DNA from: a virus
Virus record (IMG/VR): IMGVR_UViG_3300045988_139610
Strand: one strand, 5' to 3'
Length of the DNA stretch: 64,000 nt
Shown: piece after piece, positions 18,350 to 27,702 of the stretch
Layout of the letters: every line of letters begins with the position of its first letter
How positions within the stretch are numbered: position 1 is the stretch's first letter
Position numbers and translations under genes: made by a program
Notes under the pieces: generated by a model
Database searches by the model: none
Seen by the model: only the letters and a program-made list of their open reading frames with translations
Told to the model about the DNA's origin: nothing

Positions 18350-19090
18350 TTATGCCAATTTCTTTAAATCCTCTTCTTCAAATTCTATTTCTAATAATTT
18401 ACTTATCTCATACACACCTTTAGGTGAAAATTTTAATTGTGAATAATTATGTTCATTATTACTTCCTACAATAAGTTTATACCATGATTTATCTACATCA
18501 CTATAAGGTAACCAACTCGTTCCCTTTTTATATATTATTTTATTTTCATTTAATATCTTGTTTAATTTTTGTGCTGATGACAATTTAAATAATTTAGCTA
18601 CTTGCGTACTCGAATAACAACCATTTGAATTAAGAAAATCGTCAAACCAACTTGCCTTCTCGTCTCTTTGTTTTGACAGTTCGGCTCTTCGTCTTTCAAT
18701 TTCAATTCTTTCTTCTTTAGTTAAATTTGGGTCTAATGATTTCAATATCAATCTATCTAATTCAGAAACCTGCTCTTCTAGCGTATTTATATATTCAATC
18801 ATTTTGGCTCTAACATAAACCGATTCACTAGCACACATTTGCAATATACCATCTTTATTCATTTCATATGTAGGATATTCTTTACCTCTAGTATTTATAT
18901 AAGTTGACTCCTTAAAATTTAGGAGTGAATCTTTTAACTTTAATTCTTGCAGAATATTAACTTCTTTTCTTATTTTAGTTAAGAAGTTATCTTCTCTCAA
19001 CTCTTTTCTATTACCTTCCATTTTTCTTAATTCATTAATTTTAGCACATAATTCTACGTGATTCATTTTACATTCTTTTAATTCTAACAT
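18350..19090 (-). CDS. Antirepressor-like protein with KilAC (ANT)-like C-terminal domain
   Basis: The C-terminal CYSSTQVAKLFKLSSAQKLNKILNENKIIYKKG.SWLPY fits the ANT/KilAC pattern. Confidence 0.5.
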   Translation of the reverse strand: MLELKECKMNHVELCAKINELRKMEGNRKELREDNFLTKIRKEVNILQELKLKDSLLNFKESTYINTRGKEYPTYEMNKDGILQMCASESVYVRAKMIEYINTLEEQVSELDRLILKSLDPNLTKEERIEIERRRAELSKQRDEKASWFDDFLNSNGCYSSTQVAKLFKLSSAQKLNKILNENKIIYKKGTSWLPYSDVDKSWYKLIVGSNNEHNYSQLKFSPKGVYEISKLLEIEFEEEDLKKLA

Positions 19091-19196
19091 ATTATCATTC
19101 TCCTTTTTATTTATTATTTTTATTGATATTTCATTAACTTTATTAATTATTTTTTATCAACACTCAATTTACATCAACTCCTTTCTTATATTACTA

Positions 19197-19227
19197 TATT
19201 AACAATTAGTATTGAAAAATTACCTAT
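19197..19227 (-). promoter_or_regulatory. Bipartite element ATAGGTA-N16-TGTTAATA (copy C)
   Basis: Reverse complement reads TATAGGTAATTTTTCAATACTAATTGTTAATATAGTAATATAAG. Followed by an SD plus ATGTAA start-stop at 19169-19174. Confidence 0.55.
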
Positions 19228-19239
19228 AAAAACAAAAAA

Positions 19240-19264
19240 AGAAACCAGAGATTTTCTAGTTTCT
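19240..19264 (-). terminator. Intrinsic terminator
   Basis: AGAAAC.AGA..TCT.GTTTCT hairpin overlapping the stop of 19256-20128, followed by T7 on the minus strand. Confidence 0.55.
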
Positions 19265-20128
19265 TGAAGAGTTCATACCATAATATAAACGATGATACTT
19301 TAAGCTTAGTTCGTTAGCGTTCATATTGTATCCATTTATATCAAGATAACTCTTTGTATTTTGTATAGTCCATACAATATTATCTAATACTTGTAATACA
19401 AACATGTCATACATGATGCCTGATTGGTATATTCCTGTAGCTGTTAATGTAACATTTAATCCTCCATGTTGTAATTCTTTTGTTAAAACAGTCAATTTTC
19501 CACTCAAATTGCTACGTTTCATTGGTTCTAAACCATTGTTAGTATATCTATTACATAATGTCTTGAATAAATACTCACTGCTCATGTTCAAGTCATAATA
19601 CATAACATTTCGACTTCTTGTTGTATTAACATATACTTCTTGTTCTATCGTGTCTTTAACTAACTCTTTCATTATATCGTCGCATAGTATTTTATTTCCA
19701 TTTACATTAATATAACTGTAGTCTTCAGCTACGTCAGAAACCTTAATCTCTAATAGGTCTTTAAATCCTTTACCTAATACTTTATTAAATATCATGTATA
19801 TTAATAATTTATCTTGTGCATTTATAAGTGAATTAATTACATCTAATATTTGAGTTTTTGTGAAGTATTTAGATTCGTCAAAATATAAACATTTTTGCAT
19901 TAATTCATCTTCTTTTAAATCGTATTTAATTCCCTTTGTATCTAATACTTCTTTTAAAATTCTAAATCCATCGTAGAAACTACTTCTATTAATTGTCTTT
20001 AGATTTTTTATAGCGAAATCTTTTATCACTTCTTCATTTATATTTTTTTCACCTATTTCATTAATTAAATCGTTCACCTTATTTTCCATTCTATTCATTT
20101 TAATTTGTTTATCACACATCTTAGTCAT
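19256..20128 (-). CDS. Hypothetical protein
   Basis: 290-aa ORF with SD AAGGAAGGAG. No catalytic motif was recognised. Confidence 0.5.
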   Translation of the reverse strand: MTKMCDKQIKMNRMENKVNDLINEIGEKNINEEVIKDFAIKNLKTINRSSFYDGFRILKEVLDTKGIKYDLKEDELMQKCLYFDESKYFTKTQILDVINSLINAQDKLLIYMIFNKVLGKGFKDLLEIKVSDVAEDYSYINVNGNKILCDDIMKELVKDTIEQEVYVNTTRSRNVMYYDLNMSSEYLFKTLCNRYTNNGLEPMKRSNLSGKLTVLTKELQHGGLNVTLTATGIYQSGIMYDMFVLQVLDNIVWTIQNTKSYLDINGYNMNANELSLKYHRLYYGMNSSRN

Positions 20129-20279
20129 TTTAACTCCTTCCTTAGTTGTCTTGCTTAGTATATCATAAAATATATTTTAAGACAACTAACTTTATTAATT
20201 TTCTTTATATATTATACACAGATTGGAGTTTAAATATACCAACTTTTATTAATTATTTTTTAAAATAAGCAAAAAAAAT

Positions 20280-20298
20280 AAGAGGTATAAAACCTCTT
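20280..20298 (-). terminator. Intrinsic terminator
   Basis: AAGAGGT-ataaa-ACCTCTT followed by T8 on the minus strand. Confidence 0.6.
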
Positions 20299-20309
20299 GA
20301 AAGCAATAG

Positions 20310-21110
20310 TTATTTAATTCTGTTTTCAATTCCCTTCTCTCTTATTTGTAATTCTTCTTTATTAATTATTTTCAATATATTAAGGATGTCTTTGTTTTTA
20401 TTTACTTGTTCTGCAAATTCACTAAAGAATATTATATTATTGTTTACTCCAATTCTGGCTACACCTAAATCAGCACATTTGTTAACAAAATTATCATTAG
20501 GTCTAAATCTTCTATTTTTGTTTATTATTGTATAATCTCCTAAATTCAAATATTCATCTAGGTATCTAAATAATGTACTTGGCAACAAATTATCTATATT
20601 TATCTTTTTAACTATCTGAGTGACTCCATAAGCCTTTCTACGTCTTTCATAATGTAATCTATCCTTTAATTTATTAAGTTTATTTTGAAGTGAATCTAAT
20701 TGTTCTTTAGATATATTGTTATCTATATAAAATCCATTTCTTCTTATTTCATCTAAAAGATATATCATTTCTATTTTATATTCTGCACCAAGTCTACTGT
20801 TCATGATTATATAATTTATCATTGTAAAGTTTCCGAATATTTCACCTGCATTATTAACTTTGTCAAAGTTTCGGATTACATTTAATTTTACCTCTGAATT
20901 TGTTACCAATTTCGTGTTTTGTTCTAAGAAATTCGGAGTACATTTAGAATGTACGCTAAAATCCTCAAGTTTCTTTCTTGTGTTTGATAAAGTTTGTCTA
21001 CTTAATGGTAAATCATTCATTGCATACCATGTTTCATCACCTATTTTTATTGCTCTCAAATTATATTTTTCTATTAATTCATCAAATAAATTTTGTACTT
21101 TATTGCTCAT
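20310..21110 (-). CDS. BRO-N/KilAC-like antirepressor family protein (weak)
   Basis: IKIGDETWYAMNDL and ..MNSRLGAEYKIEMIYLLDEIRRNGFY resemble Bro-N motifs. Confidence 0.4.
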   Translation of the reverse strand: MSNKVQNLFDELIEKYNLRAIKIGDETWYAMNDLPLSRQTLSNTRKKLEDFSVHSKCTPNFLEQNTKLVTNSEVKLNVIRNFDKVNNAGEIFGNFTMINYIIMNSRLGAEYKIEMIYLLDEIRRNGFYIDNNISKEQLDSLQNKLNKLKDRLHYERRRKAYGVTQIVKKINIDNLLPSTLFRYLDEYLNLGDYTIINKNRRFRPNDNFVNKCADLGVARIGVNNNIIFFSEFAEQVNKNKDILNILKIINKEELQIREKGIENRIK

Positions 21111-21128
21111 AATATCACCCCTTCTTTA

Positions 21129-21386
21129 TTAATTATTTTTATCTATATAATTGAATACTAGAAAATCATTATCCTTTTTATTATACAGTAATTGTAGATG
21201 ATGCCAGGTAAGTTGAGTGTTATAATATAAATCTTGAAAAGCCAATACTATCAATTCTTCATTATTTGGAATGTTCAGTATTTCAGAAAACTCTTCTAGA
21301 GTATAATTAACAATCAGAGTATCTTCCAATCTTTTTCTACTGTGTTCTATAAAGTCATTGACTTGTTTTTGTTTTAATATATACAT
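21129..21386 (-). CDS. Hypothetical protein
   Basis: 85-aa ORF with SD AGGAGGAG. Ends ..KNN* in the 16-mer. Confidence 0.5.
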   Translation of the reverse strand: MYILKQKQVNDFIEHSRKRLEDTLIVNYTLEEFSEILNIPNNEELIVLAFQDLYYNTQLTWHHLQLLYNKKDNDFLVFNYIDKNN

Positions 21387-21405
21387 AATATCTCCTCCTT
21401 TATTA

Positions 21406-21434
21406 ATTATATTATAATTTACAAATTAAGTCAA
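21406..21434 (-). promoter_or_regulatory. SigA-type promoter TTGACT-N17-TATAAT
   Basis: Reverse complement reads TTGACTtaatttgtaaattataaTATAAT. The 16-mer lies 5 nt upstream. Confidence 0.6.
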
Positions 21435-21504
21435 TAAATTTATTAATTATTTTTATAGTCAATTTTGAATTATGAACTTGTGAATAATGAAAAAATTGTG
21501 ACGA

Positions 21505-21533
21505 ATGAACTAATTGATTTTTGATTAGTTCAT
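21505..21533. repeat. 29-bp palindrome ATGAACTAAT-N9-ATTAGTTCAT
   Basis: Perfect 10-bp arms read directly from the sequence, in the non-coding gap 21387-21696. Confidence 0.6.
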
Positions 21534-21696
21534 GAGGAATAGCTCACTGCAAGTGCAATTATAATTAATTATTTTATACTATTACTTTTTAATACCTCTA
21601 CTATAAGAGATTGTAATTTTTACCTTTAAAATGTGCTATATTTATCGTATTATTTTAACTATGTATTTTTAAATTTATCACTTTTAAAGTACTATG

Positions 21697-22900
21697 TTAT
21701 TGGTTTAACCAAGATTCTAATAATTTTCTCATTCTAATTGAAGGTATATAAATATTAATCTTTTGATTATCTCTAATTCTACTTCTAAACATCCATTGAA
21801 TTAACATTGATAATGCATAGTCATTTTCTTCTATTGTCACTCCCTTACCTTTAAAGAATTTATTAATCATTGGGTTATTATAGATATTAATCAAATAAGC
21901 TAAATTTTCTTTATGTTTATAATCATTTGTTGCTCTTATATTTAAGGATACAAACCCTTTAGTATATCCTTTACCTTTGATTTGACTCTCAAAATCTTTA
22001 AATGTCGTATACATATTATCTGATGATTTTCCTTTACATATATTTCTAAAATAATTTACAGTATTATTTTTAAGTTCCTTCATTATTTCTTTTTTATCTG
22101 CTTTCATATACCATGATTTAGATAACGCTGTTGTTTTATCTCCTATATTATTTAATTTTCCATCATAAATATTTATTAAATCTTTATATTTGTTTCCACC
22201 TTCCTCTTTGTAATTTTTTAATCTATATTGTCTATCTCCTATATCTATAACTGACTTATATTCATATTCTACTTGATTCATATCATAGTAATAAGCTTGA
22301 ATTTGACTTTTAAATTTATAAGTTAATATATAAATATGTTTAAATGCTTTAAATATGTTGACGGGAAATGTCCATAGAATCATCGTATTTTCAAATAAAT
22401 ATACATCTCCATTTTCGCAACTATTTTTTAAACTGGTAAATTTACCAACATAACCAGAATCTATCCAATGTACTTTATCTTCTTCGTCAACTTCTATTGT
22501 TCCATGCTCTAATAACATACTTATGTCAGATTTAGAGATTTTTAAATCTTCTATCACATCAAAGACTTCGTCGAGAAATAAAATATATTCTCCCTTTTCT
22601 ATTTCATCTATAACCTCTTTTGATATTCCTTTAAATAAACTATGCGTAGATACAATGTTATACCCTTCTTTTAATAATTCATAAAAATGATTCTTTTTAC
22701 TTCCTTTCCCTAATCTTTCATTAGGTTTCTTAAATTCTCTATTATCACATTCTTTTTCAATCCTATCTAGCTCTGTAAGAAATGGAGTTATAAAAATAAA
22801 TCTATCAAATATTTCCTCCTTCATATATTGTATTGCGTAACTTGTTTTACCAGCTCCAGGTGGGACAATCAACCACCGTTATTTTACATTGTTCATTCAT
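21697..22900 (-). CDS. P-loop NTPase / SF2-helicase-like protein, N-terminus frameshifted (paralogue of 41833-43032)
   Basis: GAGKT Walker A and ILFLDEV Walker B. ATG at 22900 encodes MNEQCKITVVD (compare MENQCKITVVD in the paralogue) but is out of frame by 1 nt at about 22864-22870. The tracked ORF uses TTG at 22872. Confidence 0.55.
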
Positions 22901-23043
22901 AATATCATCTCCTTTATATTATAATTTAATAAAGAGGATAAGTAACGTTGTTTTTAATTGTGACACAACAAAACCTTATCCACTTTATTAATTGTTATTA
23001 TTGTATTAACATAACTTTAAGTAAAATTACTTATGAATTAAAA

Positions 23044-23949
23044 TTAATCCCAAACATTATTTACCATTTTCTTTTTAGTATCTGTATTAGGATGGTAATA
23101 AAAAGAGTAGGTTGTTTGTGGATTACTATGTCCAGCTAGCTTTGCTGTTTCTGTAACATTAAATCCATTCTCCATATATGCCGTTAAACTTGTATGGCGT
23201 GCCGTATGAGGCGTAAAATTTGTAATTCCTACACTTTTAGTTATGTTTGATATTATTTTTTCAAGTCCACTTGAAGACAAACGTTGTTTATAACTTGATA
23301 TAAATAGTGAATTATCTTTTGCATTTATTTTTAATCTTTCATCAAGATATTTATTATATAAATCTAAAGCTTTATCGCTTAATACACATTGCTTTTTACT
23401 GCCACCTTTTTGAGTAATAGTATATTCTCCTGTTTCTCTATCTATTGTATCAACGTTTAAACTTCTTATTTCAAAATTTCTAAGTGCATTTTGGAATAAA
23501 ATTTCTACAATTAAAATATTTCTTAAATTGTTAAAATTCTTTTTCAAATTATATTCTGATTTTACATAATTTCTAATCTTTGTTATGTTTTTTGTATCTT
23601 CTGCGTGACCTTTAGATTCAATTCTTAATTGTTTAAGTTCCTTACTAGCATTAAAATCAATAATCCTAAATGCACATAGATAACCATAAAATGATTTACA
23701 ACTAGCTATCCTTCTGTTAAGACTTTGATTAGATAATCCTTCATTTCTTTTTTTGTTTAACCAATTTTGTAATTGGATTATAGTAGAATTTTGTATATCA
23801 TCTATTCTTTTAAATCCACAATACTCAATCATTTCCTTTACTACTGGAATATATGATTTAATACTTTTAGGTGATAAGTTTTTTATATCCTTCAAGTATG
23901 CTATATAATTATTTATTAATCTTTCCATATTATTAACTTTTTCCATCAT
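23044..23949 (-). CDS. Tyrosine site-specific recombinase (XerC/D-integrase family)
   Basis: ALRNFEIRSL (Arg), HTARHT (H-x-x-R) and LAGHSNPQTTYSFYYH (His..Tyr). N-terminal SAM-like core-binding region. Confidence 0.8.
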   Translation of the reverse strand: MMEKVNNMERLINNYIAYLKDIKNLSPKSIKSYIPVVKEMIEYCGFKRIDDIQNSTIIQLQNWLNKKRNEGLSNQSLNRRIASCKSFYGYLCAFRIIDFNASKELKQLRIESKGHAEDTKNITKIRNYVKSEYNLKKNFNNLRNILIVEILFQNALRNFEIRSLNVDTIDRETGEYTITQKGGSKKQCVLSDKALDLYNKYLDERLKINAKDNSLFISSYKQRLSSSGLEKIISNITKSVGITNFTPHTARHTSLTAYMENGFNVTETAKLAGHSNPQTTYSFYYHPNTDTKKKMVNNVWD

Positions 23950-24055
23950 CTTTTCCTCCCTTTAATATCTTATATATGTATAAGTATATATCATATGGTA
24001 TATTTTGTCAATAGATTTATTAATAATTTTTACAATCTTTTTGAACTATAAAAGA

Positions 24056-24081
24056 ATAGACTAGAATAAAATCTAGCCTAT
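24056..24081 (-). terminator. Probable terminator
   Basis: TAGACTAG..CTAGcCTA hairpin (1 mismatch) downstream of 24115. Confidence 0.4.
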
Positions 24082-24114
24082 CAATTAATATTATTTGTCA
24101 TCATTTTAGTTCTT

Positions 24115-24597
24115 TTATTGATTCATGTTATCTGCTATGTTAAATACAATTTCACCATCTTTTATTATCAAATAACAAGTTCCCTCCCTATCCTTTGCGT
24201 CACAAATTTGAATTGTAAAGCTAACATTAGTGTAACCTTTGTCGTTTAAGTATTCTTTTAAGGTACTAGATGTTTCTTTTAATGTATCTAACAGATTATC
24301 CCATTTACCAGTATATATAGCATTAGATACCTCATCATATTGGAAATAGTTAGTTAATACTAAACCATCTTTTTCCATTTTATAAACGTAATCTTTTCCA
24401 TAGAATATTTCATCCACCTTATTTTCGGTTAAATAATATGCTATTTCTACCAGTTGTTGTTTTTGTTTATCTTTTGCTTCCTCATCCATTTGTTGAGTTG
24501 TATTTTCTGGCACAGAATCAAGTTCAACATCTTTGCATCCTATCATAGATATTGATAACATCCCTGTTAATATTAGTACTGATAATTTTTTATTCAT
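24115..24597 (-). CDS. Lipoprotein
   Basis: MNKKLSVLILTGMLSISMIGC: signal peptide plus lipobox Cys. Start moved to ATG 24597. Confidence 0.65.
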   Translation of the reverse strand: MNKKLSVLILTGMLSISMIGCKDVELDSVPENTTQQMDEEAKDKQKQQLVEIAYYLTENKVDEIFYGKDYVYKMEKDGLVLTNYFQYDEVSNAIYTGKWDNLLDTLKETSSTLKEYLNDKGYTNVSFTIQICDAKDREGTCYLIIKDGEIVFNIADNMNQ

Positions 24598-24667
24598 AAT
24601 TACCAACCTCCTTATGTTTTATATCATTAATTATATCATATTTCACTATCATTTGTCAACAGTTTTA

Positions 24668-25279
24668 TTAATTATTTTCACCATCATTTACCATTATATT
24701 GTTTAATTTAATATATCCTTTTTCTTTATTATCATATATTCTTAATTTACCATAATCATCTTGATGTCTTCCATATAATAACAATTGAATTATTTTCTCT
24801 TTTGATAATCTATCTCTAGTGCCAACTAATTTTCCACATTCATTACAATATATATGATAACGGTGATAATCTTTTTCTAATTCTAGATTAGGTGTAAAAA
24901 ATTCATCATCATTCACTTTGTATTTACAGCAAAGTTCTTTCCATTCTTTATAATGACTTGTATTTCTACCATGTTTCTTGTCAGACAATAAATGGATTAA
25001 TTCATGTTGGATAATATGTTTAACCGTATCATTATCATATGAGTTAATACGTTTACTAAATTTAAATTTCACTGGTGATATAAACTCACCACTTCTCTTA
25101 TATTTGCCACTAAAATAGCCCATGCTTGATTTAAGTCTACCGTCTATTGATATTGGAATAATATCAATTACATCACCAATTGTTTCTCTATCATCTTTAT
25201 CCATTTTTAATACAAAATCCTTCATGTAATTTCTTATTTCGTCTGATGTCCAGGTCTTATTAACACTTTTCCCCATCAT
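24668..25279 (-). CDS. SprT-like Zn-metalloprotease domain protein
   Basis: HELIHLL (HExxH) plus the downstream CNECGK Zn-ribbon-like motif. Paralogue of 26373-26942. Confidence 0.65.
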   Translation of the reverse strand: MMGKSVNKTWTSDEIRNYMKDFVLKMDKDDRETIGDVIDIIPISIDGRLKSSMGYFSGKYKRSGEFISPVKFKFSKRINSYDNDTVKHIIQHELIHLLSDKKHGRNTSHYKEWKELCCKYKVNDDEFFTPNLELEKDYHRYHIYCNECGKLVGTRDRLSKEKIIQLLLYGRHQDDYGKLRIYDNKEKGYIKLNNIMVNDGENN

Positions 25280-25297
25280 TCAATCCCCCAATATTAT

Positions 25298-25414
25298 TTA
25301 TTAATTATTTTTACTATCATTGCCAAGAGCTTTTAAAAAATTTATTAATTATTTTTATTAATTATTTTGATAATCTTTTTAGCAGGTTTTAAAGGATTAC
25401 CTGCAAACCTTTTA
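25298..25414 (-). repeat. Intergenic module copy 1 (16-mer / ATGATAGTA / GCTCTTG.CA / 16-mer x2 / hairpin with loop AUCCUUUAAA)
   Basis: Shares (T)TG(T/C)CAAGA(G/A).TTTTAAAAAATTTATTAATTATTTTTA with 25916-25972, 28263-28346 and 29611-29677. Hairpin GCAGGT..ACCTGC at 25392-25414. Confidence 0.6.
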
Positions 25415-25416
25415 TA

Positions 25417-25854
25417 TTATGGTAGTAATGTATACATACCACTTTTTAGCATCTTTATTAAACCAGTTAATGTTGTTGTGCTAGTGTATGGAAATACATG
25501 TACTGGATAATGTGCATAACCACCACTGTAGCTCATACCTGTATAAGTAATAATACCAGTTGATGTTGTTGATACTATCAACAAAGATGTAGGAATTTTA
25601 GCACTATGCACACATACGTATTTGTGGTGAGTACCACGCAATGCTATTTTATAACCTACAAGGTAAGGCAACATTGTTGCTGGAGTACTAGACGCTTTTA
25701 GAGTGCAAATTACTTTGCTTATGTGTGGTTTTACAGTTGCTGGAGTAATGTATGTTATTACTGGTGATGTTGATACTGGTTTACTTGATAAACTTTTTGC
25801 TAATGCTAAAGTAGTCATTGTTACTGTGCTTGGTAATGTTATATATTTGCTCAT
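25417..25854 (-). CDS. Thr/Ser/Tyr-rich basic protein lacking Asp, Glu, Asn and Gln
   Basis: 145-aa ORF with SD AAAGGGG and a TTGACA-N17-TATGAT promoter (25893-25921). Its composition is unique in this window. Confidence 0.5.
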   Translation of the reverse strand: MSKYITLPSTVTMTTLALAKSLSSKPVSTSPVITYITPATVKPHISKVICTLKASSTPATMLPYLVGYKIALRGTHHKYVCVHSAKIPTSLLIVSTTSTGIITYTGMSYSGGYAHYPVHVFPYTSTTTLTGLIKMLKSGMYTLLP

Positions 25855-25892
25855 ATTATAAAACCCCTTTCAATTATCTTAATCTTAATATT

Positions 25893-25921
25893 ATCATATA
25901 TGATTTTAACTAAGATGTCAA
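25893..25921 (-). promoter_or_regulatory. SigA-type promoter TTGACA-N17-TATGAT
   Basis: Reverse complement reads GCTCTTGACAtcttagttaaaatcataTATGAT. Confidence 0.55.
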
Positions 25922-25992
25922 GAGCTTTTTAAAAAATTTATTAATTATTTTTACTATCATTTCAAGAGCTGGAAGGTTATTTAAAACCCTCC

Positions 25993-26292
25993 TTAATTAC
26001 CATTCTTTTTCATATATTCAAAATCTCTAATTCTATATTTTATTTCATATTCCATACCACACAATGCATCTGAAATCTTATCTGTTAAATCTTCAATTGT
26101 ATTTTCTTTGTCAATTTCGACTATATCCTCTAATAAATAATCTATCATAATTAATTTTTTTTCTATTTTATTACGTTCATCATGAGTCAAATATCTAGCA
26201 GTAGCATATATGCATTTTTCTTCTTGTTCGTATTCACAATTACCTCCCCACATCTTATTATAATCACAATTTACACATACATTTTTATCCAT
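25993..26292 (-). CDS. Hypothetical Cys-containing protein
   Basis: Start moved to ATG 26292 (MDKNVCVNC). Confidence 0.45.
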   Translation of the reverse strand: MDKNVCVNCDYNKMWGGNCEYEQEEKCIYATARYLTHDERNKIEKKLIMIDYLLEDIVEIDKENTIEDLTDKISDALCGMEYEIKYRIRDFEYMKKNGN

Positions 26293-26372
26293 AATAATTA
26301 TCATCTCCTTATATAAACAATATCATATTTAGCCATCATTGACAAGAGTTTTATTAATTATTTTTCAACTAA

Positions 26373-26942
26373 TTATAAAGAAAACTTAAATTCAATATCT
26401 TTGCCTAATTTGTTATCATATATTCTTATATTTCCATCATCAGTTCCATGTTTACTCATGTATATTAATTTCATCACTTGATTTTGTGATAATCTTGAAT
26501 ATCCTCCTAGATATTTACCACATAGCTTACAATATACATGATATCTATAAGCATCCTTTTCAATATCAATATCATTTTCAAAATACTGATTATCTGGAAT
26601 ACCATATTTATTACAATAAATTTTCCATATTTTATTATGTTCCATATCTTTTTTATATTTTAAATTAACAAGTAAATGCATTAATTCATGCCCTATAACA
26701 TGTTTAATTTCATCATCATTATAATAGAATAATCTTTTACTGAATTTGAATTGCACAGCATTAATTACCTCTTTTGTTTCAATATCTATACTCATCGATA
26801 CATAAGCCATATTTTTAGTCAATCTACCATCTATTTTTATAGGTAATGTTTCTACATCTTTTAACACTATATCCCTATCTCTAGCAGTCATCTTATTAGC
26901 AACTTCTAACATATAATCTCTTATTTTATTTTCATCCCACAT
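26373..26942 (-). CDS. SprT-like Zn-metalloprotease domain protein (paralogue)
   Basis: HELMHLL plus CKLCGK. Confidence 0.65.
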   Translation of the reverse strand: MWDENKIRDYMLEVANKMTARDRDIVLKDVETLPIKIDGRLTKNMAYVSMSIDIETKEVINAVQFKFSKRLFYYNDDEIKHVIGHELMHLLVNLKYKKDMEHNKIWKIYCNKYGIPDNQYFENDIDIEKDAYRYHVYCKLCGKYLGGYSRLSQNQVMKLIYMSKHGTDDGNIRIYDNKLGKDIEFKFSL

Positions 26943-27033
26943 AGTAACACCTCCAATTAATATATTTTATTATCATTCCAAGAGCTTAAGAGGATTAATT
27001 AACCCTCTTATTAATTATTTCTTACTTAAAATA

Positions 27034-27558
27034 TTATATGATGTCCTTTAAATTTTCCATGACTGCATATATTTTGTATTCTATTACTTCTAAATCGTAT
27101 TGTTCACACAGAGATTCCCAGACTTCCAATTGACATTCTTGATATGTTTCATAATCGAATTCTGAATATTTTTGCCAATCATCATAATAGTCTTCTGCAT
27201 ATTCTTGTATTTCTTCTTCTGTTTCACAATCATATTCATCTATAACTTCATCATGTAACCATTCAATGTATTCGTCATAATTCCAGACTTCTACTAATTC
27301 TCCTAAATCCTCATCTGTCACATCTGGATATTCATCTATTGTTATTATAACTATGCTATCTCCATTATATACATCCATTCGTGTTTCATTGCCAACATAA
27401 GTTGTATAATCTACTGTGCCATCTTTAGATAAGATTATATCATGTTTTACATAACCGTCAGTCCAAAGGTTTTTATGAAGTTCACAATACAATTCTTTAA
27501 TTTCTTCTTGTATCTTTTCTTCTCTTAATAAATTTAAGAATCTTTCAGATTTTTTCAT
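27034..27558 (-). CDS. Highly acidic protein (paralogue of 27703-28191)
   Basis: Start moved to ATG 27558 (MKKSERF). The C-terminal half is dominated by D/E/Y/W. Confidence 0.5.
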   Translation of the reverse strand: MKKSERFLNLLREEKIQEEIKELYCELHKNLWTDGYVKHDIILSKDGTVDYTTYVGNETRMDVYNGDSIVIITIDEYPDVTDEDLGELVEVWNYDEYIEWLHDEVIDEYDCETEEEIQEYAEDYYDDWQKYSEFDYETYQECQLEVWESLCEQYDLEVIEYKIYAVMENLKDII

Positions 27559-27702
27559 ATTTACCACCCCTTTATTTTTATTATACTTAAAGTATAACAT
27601 ATTTAATTTTAAATTACAATAACTTTTTAATAATTTTATTAATTATTTTTATTATCTTTTCTATATGATAGTATAGATATATCTATACTATCATATAATG
27701 GT

